A stretch of 62,193 nt of DNA from Armatimonadota bacterium. Lineage in GTDB: Bacteria; Armatimonadota; Hebobacteria; GCA-020354555; CP070648. The number at the start of each line of letters is the position of its first letter. Position 1 is the stretch's first letter. A model generated the notes under the pieces. That model ran no database searches and was not told the origin of the DNA. It worked only from the letters and a program-made list of their open reading frames with translations. Positions 38,240-47,009 of the stretch are shown one piece after another. A program made the position numbers and the translations under genes. Location: NCBI GenBank assembly GCA_035527535.1, contig DATLAK010000139.1, positions 1 through 62,193 of the forward strand, read 5' to 3'.

Positions 38240-38446
38240 CTACTTCTTCGGCTTCAGCTTGGCCTTCGGTTTGGCGGCAGCCTTGGACTTGGCGGCGCGG
38301 GCAACCTTCCTCATCGGCTGCGCGCAGCAGATGAGCTCATGCACCTCCGCGCACCCGCACGCTTCGTCCACCACCACCGACAGTCCGCACAGCTCGCACT
38401 CGAGCTGGTCGCCCTTCTGGGGCGACTTGGTCCTGGTCGCGGGCAT
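38240..38446 (-). CDS. Desulforedoxin-like Cys4 mini-protein with a Lys/Ala-rich C-terminal tail
   Basis: GDQLECELCGLSVVVDEACGCAEVHELICCAQPMRK aligns with D. gigas desulforedoxin ([32 protein letters not shown]), keeping CxxC...CC. Tail is AAKSKAAAKPKAKLKPKK. GGGAGG RBS. Confidence 0.65.
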   Translation of the reverse strand: MPATRTKSPQKGDQLECELCGLSVVVDEACGCAEVHELICCAQPMRKVARAAKSKAAAKPKAKLKPKK

Positions 38447-38599
38447 CTCCGGTCACCTCCCGACAATGAGTTGAGCGCGACCGATGTTCCGATGCTCCGG
38501 CGCCGACTCCTGTCGTGTCGGTCCCACAAGGCTGCGGGGCGGGCGGCGTCAACGCAGGCGGCTCGTGGCGCGGGCAGGGCGGAGATGGGGGAGGGCCGC

Positions 38600-39763
38600 T
38601 CAGAAGGCGCGCGGCGGCTGGGGAATCCACTCTCCCACCAGCGCATAGCACCGGGGGATGATGTCCAATCGCCAAAGAGCGCGCGGCGGCTGGGGAATCC
38701 ACTCTCCTACGAGCGAGACGGTGCCGGTCACGGAGCGCAGCTCCAGGCGGCCGCGCCCGGTGCCGACTACCCCCACCAGATGGTCCGGCGCGCTGCGACC
38801 GCTGGTTTGATGGAAGTCCCTCGTGCTGATCCGCCGTGCCTCTGACGAGATGTCGAAGGCGTAGTCGGATCCGGGGGGCAGCTTGACCGTGACGTTGCCG
38901 GACACCGACTTGGCCGAGAGATGCCCGGTCAGCGGGTTCGCGAGCGAGGCATATGCATCCCCGCTGGTGGTATTGAGGCTGGCATTCGCGCCGGCGTAGA
39001 GATCAAGAGTGATTGTGCCGCTGACGGTCCTGGCGGTGACCGGTCCCTTCAGATTCAGGGCCTGAATGTCGCCGGCGGCGGTTTCGGCGTTCACTTCGCC
39101 GTCAATGTCCGCCAGCTTGATGAGACCGGCGAGGATCTTGGCATCAACCGGGCCGCGGATTTCTCGCAGCTCGGTGCGCCCGCTGCCGCCGGCGACTGCC
39201 ACTCGCGCGGCCCCGGTGACCGTCACGTCGCCCGCCATCCTCTCCACCTTGACTCCGCCGGACATGTCATGGACGCTGACCGGCCCCGCCAGCGCCTTGA
39301 TCTCGAGGTCGAGACCGGATGGCGCGGTGACGCTGAGGTGGAGATGCACTCTTTGCCTCACCGTGTCTTCGCCCGCGACCTTGACGATAATGGCGTCGCC
39401 CGCGCGCGAGGTGACCAGTCCCGCCCGTGGAGCGGTTGCCCTGGCCTCCTCGGGCTCGTTCCCTGCGCCCCATCGAACTGCCTCGATTCCGACAAAGCTC
39501 TGACTGCCGCCGACGACGCTGACTTCGCCATAGGGGTTTTCGATGACGAGGGAGGCAGCTCCGTCAGCCGGCAATCTGCGCGAGGAGCGCTCCAGTTCGT
39601 GCCATCGCATGGTCGGCCCCGACGATGCGACGAGGCGCGCGGCGAGGTCGGCGGCGCGGCTGATTCTTCGCGACAAGTCCGCGAACACGCCGCGGCGGGA
39701 GGCGGTGATGGTCATGCCGGCCGCGATGATGACCAGCGCCAGCAGGACGTTTCTGGCCCTCAT
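38600..39763 (-). CDS. DUF4097 (LiaF C-terminal-like) beta-strand repeat protein
   Basis: N-terminal TM plus repetitive G.V.V......G.V.. strands (GGVKVERMAGDVTVTGAARVAVAGGSGRTELREIRGPVDAK...). Last gene of the ECF operon. Confidence 0.7.
   Translation of the reverse strand: MRARNVLLALVIIAAGMTITASRRGVFADLSRRISRAADLAARLVASSGPTMRWHELERSSRRLPADGAASLVIENPYGEVSVVGGSQSFVGIEAVRWGAGNEPEEARATAPRAGLVTSRAGDAIIVKVAGEDTVRQRVHLHLSVTAPSGLDLEIKALAGPVSVHDMSGGVKVERMAGDVTVTGAARVAVAGGSGRTELREIRGPVDAKILAGLIKLADIDGEVNAETAAGDIQALNLKGPVTARTVSGTITLDLYAGANASLNTTSGDAYASLANPLTGHLSAKSVSGNVTVKLPPGSDYAFDISSEARRISTRDFHQTSGRSAPDHLVGVVGTGRGRLELRSVTGTVSLVGEWIPQPPRALWRLDIIPRCYALVGEWIPQPPRAF
38607..38707. repeat. 72-bp-period tandem duplication at the 3' end of the DUF4097 gene
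   Basis: 29-nt core GCGCGCGGCGGCTGGGGAATCCACTCTCC at 38607-38635 and 38679-38707. It duplicates the peptide LVGEWIPQPPRA. Confidence 0.8.
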
Positions 39764-40029
39764 GGCTGCCGCCCCGGCGTCTTTGCGACCGGCTGCGGGG
39801 CCCCTCGAGCGGGGTCGAGAGGGGGCGACGGGCGCGCCGTATAGTGATCAATCAGCACCTTCACGCCCATCACGATCAGCAGCAGCGGCCACAACTGCCA
39901 CAGGTAATCCCAGACGTCCAGGCCGGTTATGCGCTGGATCAACAGGCCGGCGCCGAGGATGGTGAAGATGATGCCGAAGACCAGCGTCCCGGTGCCGTCG
40001 GGGACCGGTCGCTTACGGGGTCTAGTCAT
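39760..40029 (-). CDS. Small DUF5668 / LiaI-LiaF-like TM-domain protein
   Basis: TLVFGIIFTILGAGLLIQRITGLDVWDYLWQLWPLLLIVMGVKVL. Start ATG 40029 overlaps the upstream stop; its own stop overlaps the DUF4097 start. Confidence 0.6.
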   Translation of the reverse strand: MTRPRKRPVPDGTGTLVFGIIFTILGAGLLIQRITGLDVWDYLWQLWPLLLIVMGVKVLIDHYTARPSPPLDPARGAPQPVAKTPGRQP

Positions 40030-40768
40030 GGCGGGCCTCCTGCGGTGCTGGTTCGGAGGTGGGAGCGGGCTGCGGCGAAACCGACTCCGGGGCGGCCGCC
40101 GCACGGCGCGACAGCCAGAAGCTGACCAGCAGCCAGATGCCAAGCGCTAGCATGGCGGCGGGCCACATGCGGTCCCAGGTCAGCCATCTGACGCCGAAGT
40201 TGTTGAGCAGAAAGAGAACCCCCAGCACGATGAGCAGCATCCCCCAGGCCGGCGAGACGGGCGACGGTGCCCAGTCCTGCGCGGTGGATGCGAGCGGGGG
40301 CGGGACATCGGACCTTGGCGGAGCCGGCGAGGGTGCAGTCGGCAGGCGGGGCTGGGCGTCCGCCCCCGCGGCCCAATAGGCATCGAAGAGATTCCAGAAG
40401 TAAAGGGGCACCACCAGCAGCGGAATCGTGGACGCGAGGGCGAAGAAGGCGACCATGACTATCACGCCCCTCCCCATCTGCCCGCAGTACATCTGCCCCA
40501 GGCCGGGCAGCAGCGACAGCACGACCGCCAACCTCGGGTTGCGAAGTCCAGGTTGGTTTAGCCTCGCCACGTCGTCGAGAGCGCGGCCGGCCCGATGGAC
40601 CAGTGCCGGCAGGTCGAGGCGCTTACCAGTTGGGCGCTCCCCGTTGAGCGCGCGGCCGACGCAGTTCGTGCAGTAGATCGCTCCGCGGTGTTCTACCCGC
40701 GACGCCTCCGTGACCGGGGCCTGGCAGCGGGCGCATATCGGCGGCGGAGCGGTGTCAGGCGATGACAT
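40022..40768 (-). CDS. Zinc-ribbon membrane protein with a C-terminal DUF5668-like TM hairpin
   Basis: CARCQ...x...CTNC, LSLLPGLGQMYCGQMGRGVIVMVAFF and WGMLLIVLGVLFLLNNFG. Start set at ATG 40768, overlapping the anti-sigma stop by 14 nt. Confidence 0.55.
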   Translation of the reverse strand: MSSPDTAPPPICARCQAPVTEASRVEHRGAIYCTNCVGRALNGERPTGKRLDLPALVHRAGRALDDVARLNQPGLRNPRLAVVLSLLPGLGQMYCGQMGRGVIVMVAFFALASTIPLLVVPLYFWNLFDAYWAAGADAQPRLPTAPSPAPPRSDVPPPLASTAQDWAPSPVSPAWGMLLIVLGVLFLLNNFGVRWLTWDRMWPAAMLALGIWLLVSFWLSRRAAAAPESVSPQPAPTSEPAPQEARHD

Positions 40769-41354
40769 TGCCGGCTCCCTCCTGGCGGCTGCAGACAACC
40801 GCCGTGTTCGACGGAATGCTGGATGGCCGCGCCGGTTCGGATCGTCCGTCTCGAACACGCGGGCGCTTCGGTTCCCGACGAGAGGACTCGGCGACCGCGC
40901 GGTCGAGGACTTCCTGCACGCGGTCGAGGCCGGCCGACAGGTAGGCCGTCCCCGTGCTCGCCGCGCCTGCGACGCGCACCGGCCAGTCGAGGATCGCGGC
41001 TTCCACGACGTGCCCCCGCCCTGCGGCTAGCGCGAACAGCGCGACGATCGCCGCCGCCCGGCCAAACTCCTGAGCGAAAAACCTGCCTGCGGGCGCCGCC
41101 ACGTCGCGCACTGCCGCCCACCTCTCTCCCCACGAAACGGCCGCGGCGCGCGCGACGACATAGGAGGCAAGATCGCCGCGCACGCGCGCGGCCGGCAGCG
41201 ATGCCGTCAAGCGCGAGGTGAACCGAAGGGCGGCCAGCTGCTCCCGGCAGGCGGCGCAGGTCTGCAAGTGAGCCGCAGCGCGCTCGACATCGGCGGCGGG
41301 CAGCTCTCCGTCCATGAATGGCGACAACAGCTTGCGGGTTTCAGAGCACGTCAT
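40755..41354 (-). CDS. Anti-sigma factor (zf-HC2 type)
   Basis: MTCSETRKLLSPFMDGELPAADVERAAAHLQTCAACREQL is the canonical H-x3-C-x2-C zinc-binding anti-sigma N-terminus. ATGA overlap with the ECF gene. Confidence 0.8.
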   Translation of the reverse strand: MTCSETRKLLSPFMDGELPAADVERAAAHLQTCAACREQLAALRFTSRLTASLPAARVRGDLASYVVARAAAVSWGERWAAVRDVAAPAGRFFAQEFGRAAAIVALFALAAGRGHVVEAAILDWPVRVAGAASTGTAYLSAGLDRVQEVLDRAVAESSRREPKRPRVRDGRSEPARPSSIPSNTAVVCSRQEGAGNVIA

Positions 41355-41986
41355 AGTCCTCCGCCTTGTGGGTAGAGCGGTGATACGCGGTCATCGGCCA
41401 GCAGCGCCGCCCGCAGCAGTTGGCGGCCGCGGTTGAGCCGGGAACGCACGGTGCCCACGGGAACGCGAAGCACCTGCGCGATTTCATCGTACGACAGGGA
41501 CTCCAGTTCGCGCAGCACCACCACCGCGCGAAACGCCGACGGCAGCCGCCCCAGGCACTCTCGGACCGCCCCCTGAACCTCGCGGCTGACGGCCGTGAGC
41601 TGCGGATCGGATCCCAGGCCGAGACGCTCCGGCAATTCCGCAGGCAGGTCCACGATCAGGCGCGTGCGCACGGTCCGGCGTCGTCGCTCCATCAGGCAGA
41701 CATTGGTGGTCAGGCGGTAAACCCAGGTTCGCAGCTCCGCCTGGCCGCGGAAGGTGCGCAAGGAACGGAGCATCGCGATGAGCGCGTCCTGGGTGGCGTC
41801 GCGGGCGTCCTCTGGGTCCCCCAGCAGGTTGAAGGCGAGGTGATAGACCTGGTCCTGATACCGCCGAACCAGGCTTTCCTGGGCGGAGCGGTCGCCGGCG
41901 CGGCTGCGAGCGATCAACCGGGCTTCGTCGGTCTCCCCCAGCACGCGCGTGGCCGCCTCCTTGCACACAGCTACCGCGGGGCTCAT
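41351..41986 (-). CDS. ECF sigma factor
   Basis: Region 2 SLVRRYQDQVYHLAFNLLGDPEDARDATQDALI and region 4 VVLRELESLSYDEIAQVLRVPVGTVRSRLNRGRQ. Start set at ATG 41986 (GAGAGGGA RBS); the ORF track extends to 42073. Confidence 0.8.
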   Translation of the reverse strand: MSPAVAVCKEAATRVLGETDEARLIARSRAGDRSAQESLVRRYQDQVYHLAFNLLGDPEDARDATQDALIAMLRSLRTFRGQAELRTWVYRLTTNVCLMERRRRTVRTRLIVDLPAELPERLGLGSDPQLTAVSREVQGAVRECLGRLPSAFRAVVVLRELESLSYDEIAQVLRVPVGTVRSRLNRGRQLLRAALLADDRVSPLYPQGGGL

Positions 41987-42085
41987 GGCTGTCCCTCTCG
42001 TGGCCCTTTTCATCATTAGTTGCGCCAGACCCTGCGCAGGTTCCCGCGTCTTGCCGCCGGCCAGCCTCCGCATACCCCCGCCAGG

Positions 42086-42113
42086 AAGTACGGCTGCCGG
42101 CGGCGTAGTTCCT
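42086..42113 (-). promoter_or_regulatory. Possible ECF-type autoregulated promoter
   Basis: The minus strand reads GGAAC-N15-CGTAC (GGAACTACGCCGCCGGCAGCCGTACTT), resembling the GGAAC...CGT class of ECF promoters. Confidence 0.3.
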
Positions 42114-42325
42114 TTGCGATGTCAACCCATAGGAGGTGCGGGGGTGGCTGCCGGAGCATAGGCGCCCTCGCCTGTGAGCTCCCGGCCGAGGGCGGCCAGG
42201 CTCCGCGACTCAACGGGGCGGGCACGACGGGCACAACTGCGTGGGGCTGGATACGGTCAAGATCCACGCGCCGGCGATGAAGTGCGCGGAGGCCAACGGC
42301 GGCCTGGCGCCTCCCGCCGCAGCGG

Positions 42326-44929
42326 CTACCTCGTGCCCCAGGTGATGGTGTGGGAACCCGGCCGCAGACGGATACGCAGGGCGGGCGCAGTCGGGTCGTA
42401 GCGCACGCCGCGTGCCAACGACGCCGGGATATCCGGTCGGCGCGGCTGCTCGCTCAGGTGAAGCACGACGTCGGCGGCATCGTCCGCTTGCAGCGTCAGG
42501 CTCCAGGTCTCACCCGGCACGAGCGCGAAGCTGATCGGCGCCGACGCCTGCATCAACTCGCGACCTGCGACCTCAAACCGCGTCGCGCGATAGGCCGCCA
42601 CTTGCGGCTCCCTTTTCGCCCCCTCGACCACCAGCGCCGCCTCGGCGTCGGTGTGCAGGTCCTTGTCGGCGATATCATCGGCGCCGGTCAGGCGGAAGTA
42701 GGCGCGGCAGCGCTCGCCGCCCACCATGCACGCCAGGCCCACCCAGCCCTCGGCGCCCAGTCGTCGCAGCCGTGTCGGCCCCGGGGGCGACGGCGGGGCC
42801 GCGGCCGCCACCGGCTTGAGCTCGATATCGTCCACCCCCACCAGGCAGCCGCTCGACAGCTCGTGCTTGCCGGTGACCTCGAAGACGAACTCGTGGCGCC
42901 CTCGCGCCAGCTCCAGCCGGCCCAGCTCCCACGCCTCGCGCGTACGCACGTCGGGAGCGTACCCGCGGTAGGTGGAGCCCACGGGCTGCCCGTCAACGAA
43001 CACCTGCCAATCGGCGTAGGCGGGCGACTTTAGGAAATGCGCGGTCAAGTCGTAGGTGCCTTCAACCGGCACCAACGCGTTTACGATCAGGCGGTCGCCG
43101 GGATCCCGGGCGCGAAATAGCAGGGCGCCGTAGGAGTCCAGGCGCACCAGGGAGTCGCGCGCCCCGGCCTGCTCATCCAGCTCGATGGTGACCGGCGCCG
43201 GCGGCAGGCGGGTCGGCATCAGTGTGGTCAGGAACCGCTGGCTCTCGCGCGGACGCGAATCGCGCACCGTGACGTAAGGCGGATAGTCATCAGCCGCCCC
43301 GGGGACCTGACCAAGGCTGACCTGCGCGGCGGTCGGCTCCAGGAAACGCACGTCGAGCCGCGCCCCTCGCTTCACCAGCGACACCTGCTGCGCGGCGCGT
43401 GTCTCGCCCGCTTTCGCGGGTTTGCCGTTGATCTCGTAGCGCCCGGTGGCGTCGGTATGGAGAACGAACTCGAAACGCTTCGGCCCCGGCGCCTCCAGCT
43501 CGTCGAGCATCACCAATAGGCTCGGCTTGACGTAGATCACCCGCCGCAGAAAGCGCCACAGGATCTGCGGGTCGTAGGCGCGCGAGGCGTCGCCGACCAC
43601 ATAATCGAAGCCCGGCGAGGCGAAAAAATCGGTGACCGCCGCGGCCCCTTCCCTCTGCCCCGCCCCGCCGACCAGGACCGAGTTGTGCTCCGCCGTGCCC
43701 GCGCCGAGATCCATCGCAGCTCCGTCCTTGCGCGAGCGGCCCCCGCTGTCGGTCGCCAGCCATTCCCCGGCGCAGTTGAGCACGAAGTGGTTGGCGTCCC
43801 CATGGCGATGCTCTGCCGGCGACGACGAGCTGATGAAGGCGAACAGGGTGTCGTCGTCACCCCATCCCGAGCGCAAGGCCGCCCATCCGATATGGGCGAA
43901 ACGCGCCGACGCGGGCCAGGGCGGCGGCCACGCCACCAGCGGCCGGGGGTCATGTAGGATGAGGGCGTTGAAGTCCCGGCGTTCCAGGCGGCCCGCCTGC
44001 TGCAGGTAATAGCCCGCGTAGGGGTCGCGCAGGTGCTTGTTGGCGACGCGCATGGTGACTTCGCCGGGATCGTCCGCGTGGGCGTCGCCGAAGTTGACCA
44101 ACCCGCTGCCCGCGGGACCCTGGAAGTAGAGCGCCCAGCGCACCGCCTGGGCGACGTAAGGGTGGTGGATGAGTCCGTGATCGCCCTCCGCCTGCGCCAA
44201 GGCGGCGGCGAACAGCAGGCAGTAATCCAGGCCGGTCAGCGTGTGGAGCAGCCCTTCGGTGTTAGGTGAGACCGCGCGCCGGTCCAGCCACTGGCGCAGG
44301 CAGTCCTTGGCCAGGCGCACGTAGTCCCACGCCGGGGGGTACTCCGGCAGCAAGGCCAGTCCGCCCAGGCCCAGCGCGGCCCCGCGCAGCGGGTGCGGGG
44401 GGCCTTCGACCCGCGCGAGGAGCGCCTGCGCCAGCTCGGTCAGCCCCCGCCGAAGCAGCGCCTCGCGCACTCGCTGGCGCTCCGGCCCCGACATCGCCTC
44501 CCAGCACGCGTCGTAAGCGAACGCTGCGCCCATGGTCAGGAAGCAGGTGTCCGGGCGCGTGTGGTCGCTGCCATCGGGGCCGCTCCAGGTCGGCCAGTCG
44601 GCCAGGGCCAGCATGTATTCCGCCGCCCGCTGAGCGTAGCGGCGGTCGCCCGTGACGGCGTATGACAGCCCCAGCGATTCCAGGCGCGACCGGATCCGGG
44701 CCGCCATCACCGTCCAGCAGCCCGAGGGCCCCAGCTTCGGGTCGAAGCCCGACTCGTCCAGGAGCTTCGGTGCTGCGTAGCCGAGCTTGGCCAGGCGCGG
44801 CAGATCGCGCGGCCCGAAGTAGAGGCGCGGATGGGCCGGCTGCTCCTCCTCCGCGCGGAGCGTCATCAGCGCCAGGAGCATGACCAACCCCGCCGCCAGC
44901 CCCAGCGCCAAGCGGAAATCGAAGCCCAT
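42326..44929 (-). CDS. Heparinase II/III-like polysaccharide lyase family protein with C-terminal beta-rich extension
   Basis: Signal peptide, alpha/alpha toroid part (HPRLYF..RDLPRL), AEHRHGDANHFVLNCAGEWLATDSG and EHNSVLVGG, as in heparinase II/III C-terminal domains. Start set at ATG 44929. Confidence 0.7.
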   Translation of the reverse strand: MGFDFRLALGLAAGLVMLLALMTLRAEEEQPAHPRLYFGPRDLPRLAKLGYAAPKLLDESGFDPKLGPSGCWTVMAARIRSRLESLGLSYAVTGDRRYAQRAAEYMLALADWPTWSGPDGSDHTRPDTCFLTMGAAFAYDACWEAMSGPERQRVREALLRRGLTELAQALLARVEGPPHPLRGAALGLGGLALLPEYPPAWDYVRLAKDCLRQWLDRRAVSPNTEGLLHTLTGLDYCLLFAAALAQAEGDHGLIHHPYVAQAVRWALYFQGPAGSGLVNFGDAHADDPGEVTMRVANKHLRDPYAGYYLQQAGRLERRDFNALILHDPRPLVAWPPPWPASARFAHIGWAALRSGWGDDDTLFAFISSSSPAEHRHGDANHFVLNCAGEWLATDSGGRSRKDGAAMDLGAGTAEHNSVLVGGAGQREGAAAVTDFFASPGFDYVVGDASRAYDPQILWRFLRRVIYVKPSLLVMLDELEAPGPKRFEFVLHTDATGRYEINGKPAKAGETRAAQQVSLVKRGARLDVRFLEPTAAQVSLGQVPGAADDYPPYVTVRDSRPRESQRFLTTLMPTRLPPAPVTIELDEQAGARDSLVRLDSYGALLFRARDPGDRLIVNALVPVEGTYDLTAHFLKSPAYADWQVFVDGQPVGSTYRGYAPDVRTREAWELGRLELARGRHEFVFEVTGKHELSSGCLVGVDDIELKPVAAAAPPSPPGPTRLRRLGAEGWVGLACMVGGERCRAYFRLTGADDIADKDLHTDAEAALVVEGAKREPQVAAYRATRFEVAGRELMQASAPISFALVPGETWSLTLQADDAADVVLHLSEQPRRPDIPASLARGVRYDPTAPALRIRLRPGSHTITWGTR

Positions 44930-45295
44930 GCCTGCTCCTTCGCGTGGCTGCCCATCGGCGCCGGAGCCTGCGGTCAACCGCGGGTTGGAGGGCGGCCGCT
45001 CCCTGACTGGTCGGGGCTGAAGCAGCCGGCCTCCGCAGCGCCGCGCACTCACCGCCTATTTCACCGTCGCCGGTCCAAGTCCTTGGCCCGGGTAGGGTGG
45101 GCTTTCGGCCCGCCAAGGGAGCCAGGTTGACGCGTGGGCCGGGGCGGGGGCGCATGACCTACCGAGGACTGCACACCTATGTTTGAATGGAGGGGCGCCA
45201 GGACCGCCGTGAAGAGGGACTACGCGACCGGCGCGAGCGGTCGCGGGCGGCAGCCGTCAGGGCCGTTGGGCGCGAGGGCGGTGATACGTGTCAGA

Positions 45296-46063
45296 TCACA
45301 GCCGCACCGGGATGCCGCGGCCGGCGAGGTACTCCTTGACCTCGCGGATCCCGATCTCGGCGAAGTGGAACACCGACGCCGCCAGCACCGCGTCGGCTTG
45401 GCCGTCAACGATGGCGTCGTAGAAGTGCTCGAGCTTGCCCGCACCGCCGGAGGCGATAATGGGCAGCCCCGTGGCCTCGGCCAGCAGGCGGTTGAGGGTG
45501 TTGTCATAGCCGGCTTTGGTGCCGTCGGTATCCATGCTGGTGGGCAGGATCTGGCCGGCGCCGAGGTCACGCACGCGCCGCCCCCACTCCACGGCGTCCA
45601 GCCCCTCGGGCTGAGTGCCGCCGCGGGTGACGACCTCGTAACCCGAGTCCATCTGCTGGTCGCGGCGCACGTCAATAGCGACGATCAGGCGGTCGGACCC
45701 GAAGCGCTTGGCGATGTCGCCCACCAGCGCCGGGTTGCGCACGACCGCGGTGTTGATGGAAACCGCGGAGACGCCGCCGTCGAACAGCTCCTGGGCGTCC
45801 TCGACCGTACGGATGCCCCCACCGACGACCAGCGGCACCGATACCGCCTGGGCGGTGCGCCGCAGCACGTCGCGCGCGGTCGCGCGCCCCTCGACGGTAG
45901 CGGAAATATCGAGAAAGGCGATCTCGTCCGCGCCCGCGTCGCTGTAGGCGCGGCCGGCCGCGACCGGGTCGCCCGCGTCGCGCAGGTTGACGAAATGGAC
46001 GCCCTTGACCACGCGTCCGTCCTTCATGTCGAGACAGGGGATGATACGACGATAGTCTGCCAT
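45296..46063 (-). CDS. hisF: Imidazole glycerol phosphate synthase cyclase subunit
   Basis: RIIPCLDMKDGRVVKGVHFVNLRDAGDPV, ADEIAFLDISA and VPLVVGGGIR. Confidence 0.9.
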   Translation of the reverse strand: MADYRRIIPCLDMKDGRVVKGVHFVNLRDAGDPVAAGRAYSDAGADEIAFLDISATVEGRATARDVLRRTAQAVSVPLVVGGGIRTVEDAQELFDGGVSAVSINTAVVRNPALVGDIAKRFGSDRLIVAIDVRRDQQMDSGYEVVTRGGTQPEGLDAVEWGRRVRDLGAGQILPTSMDTDGTKAGYDNTLNRLLAEATGLPIIASGGAGKLEHFYDAIVDGQADAVLAASVFHFAEIGIREVKEYLAGRGIPVRL

Positions 46064-46210
46064 GAAAACGCCTCCGTCACTCGGTCATGTGATTTGACAA
46101 CCGCGGCCGATGTCATTATTAGGCGAAGCCGCGAAACCCCTCACCTCGGCGCGCCGCCACGCGAATAATGGCCTGATGAGATGCTTCGCCGCGCTCAGCA
46201 TCACGGCCAC

Positions 46211-47008
46211 TCAGCCGAACCACCGCAGCATGCCATCGAAGCAGCGCTGCGCCGCCTCCTGCGGGTCGTCGCCCAGGTCGAACAGGTCCACCGTGTAGGC
46301 GCCGCCGTAGCCGGCGGCCTCGAACGCGCGCCGCAGCACCGCGAAGTCCAGCTCCCCGTCACCTATTACCAGGTGGTGGTGCACCTTGCCTGCAATGTCC
46401 TCGACGTGCGTGTGCGCGATTGCCGACCCCAGCGTCGCGATCGCGTGCATGGCGCTCCGTTCGGTGATGTGCGCGTGCCCGACGTCCAGATTGACGCGCA
46501 CGCGCGGCGAGCCCACCCGCCGCATGAACTCGACCACCTGCGCCGTGCCGCCGATGACCAGGCCCGGCTCCGGCTCGTAGGCAAGCAGCACCTCCCGCCG
46601 GCCGCGCTCGAGCAGGCGCCGCGCCAGGGCGACCGCCTCCCCCATCTGCTCCGCCTCCCGCCCCGGCTCGCGGCGCATGGTGTTGAGCACGAGCACCGGG
46701 CATTGCAGCCGTTCCGCCACCTCCTCCGCTTGCAGGTGGCTCTCCGCCTGCTCCTGCGCGGGGCGGCGGTCGCCGTGGTAGCTGACCGAGGACAGCCGCA
46801 GCCCCAGGTCGCGCAGCAGAGCCGCGACCTCCCGGCAGCGCGCCGGAGTCATGTCGCCGGGCCGCGTCTCGGGGTGCTCCAGGCACAGCTCGACTGAGCC
46901 GTACCCGATGTCGGCCAGCGCCCGCAGCGCCCGCTCAATGGGCCACGACGCAAACCCGGCGGTGCGAAAGCCGATGCGCGATCCCTGCGAGTGACTCACG
47001 CCAGGCAT
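46211..47008 (-). CDS. Sugar phosphate isomerase/epimerase (AP endonuclease 2 / xylose isomerase-like TIM barrel)
   Basis: IGYGSVELCLEHPE, LAYEPEPG, NLDVGHAH, HTHVEDI and AGYGGAYTVDLF. Start ATG 47008, 1 nt after the upstream stop. Confidence 0.75.
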   Translation of the reverse strand: MPGVSHSQGSRIGFRTAGFASWPIERALRALADIGYGSVELCLEHPETRPGDMTPARCREVAALLRDLGLRLSSVSYHGDRRPAQEQAESHLQAEEVAERLQCPVLVLNTMRREPGREAEQMGEAVALARRLLERGRREVLLAYEPEPGLVIGGTAQVVEFMRRVGSPRVRVNLDVGHAHITERSAMHAIATLGSAIAHTHVEDIAGKVHHHLVIGDGELDFAVLRRAFEAAGYGGAYTVDLFDLGDDPQEAAQRCFDGMLRWFG

Positions 47009-47009
47009 G

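Noticed and set aside
45296-46063. hisF standing alone without hisH/hisA as a possible pseudogene or moonlighting copy.
   Set aside because: The ORF is full length with all conserved motifs. Dispersed his genes are common, so there is no basis for a claim.
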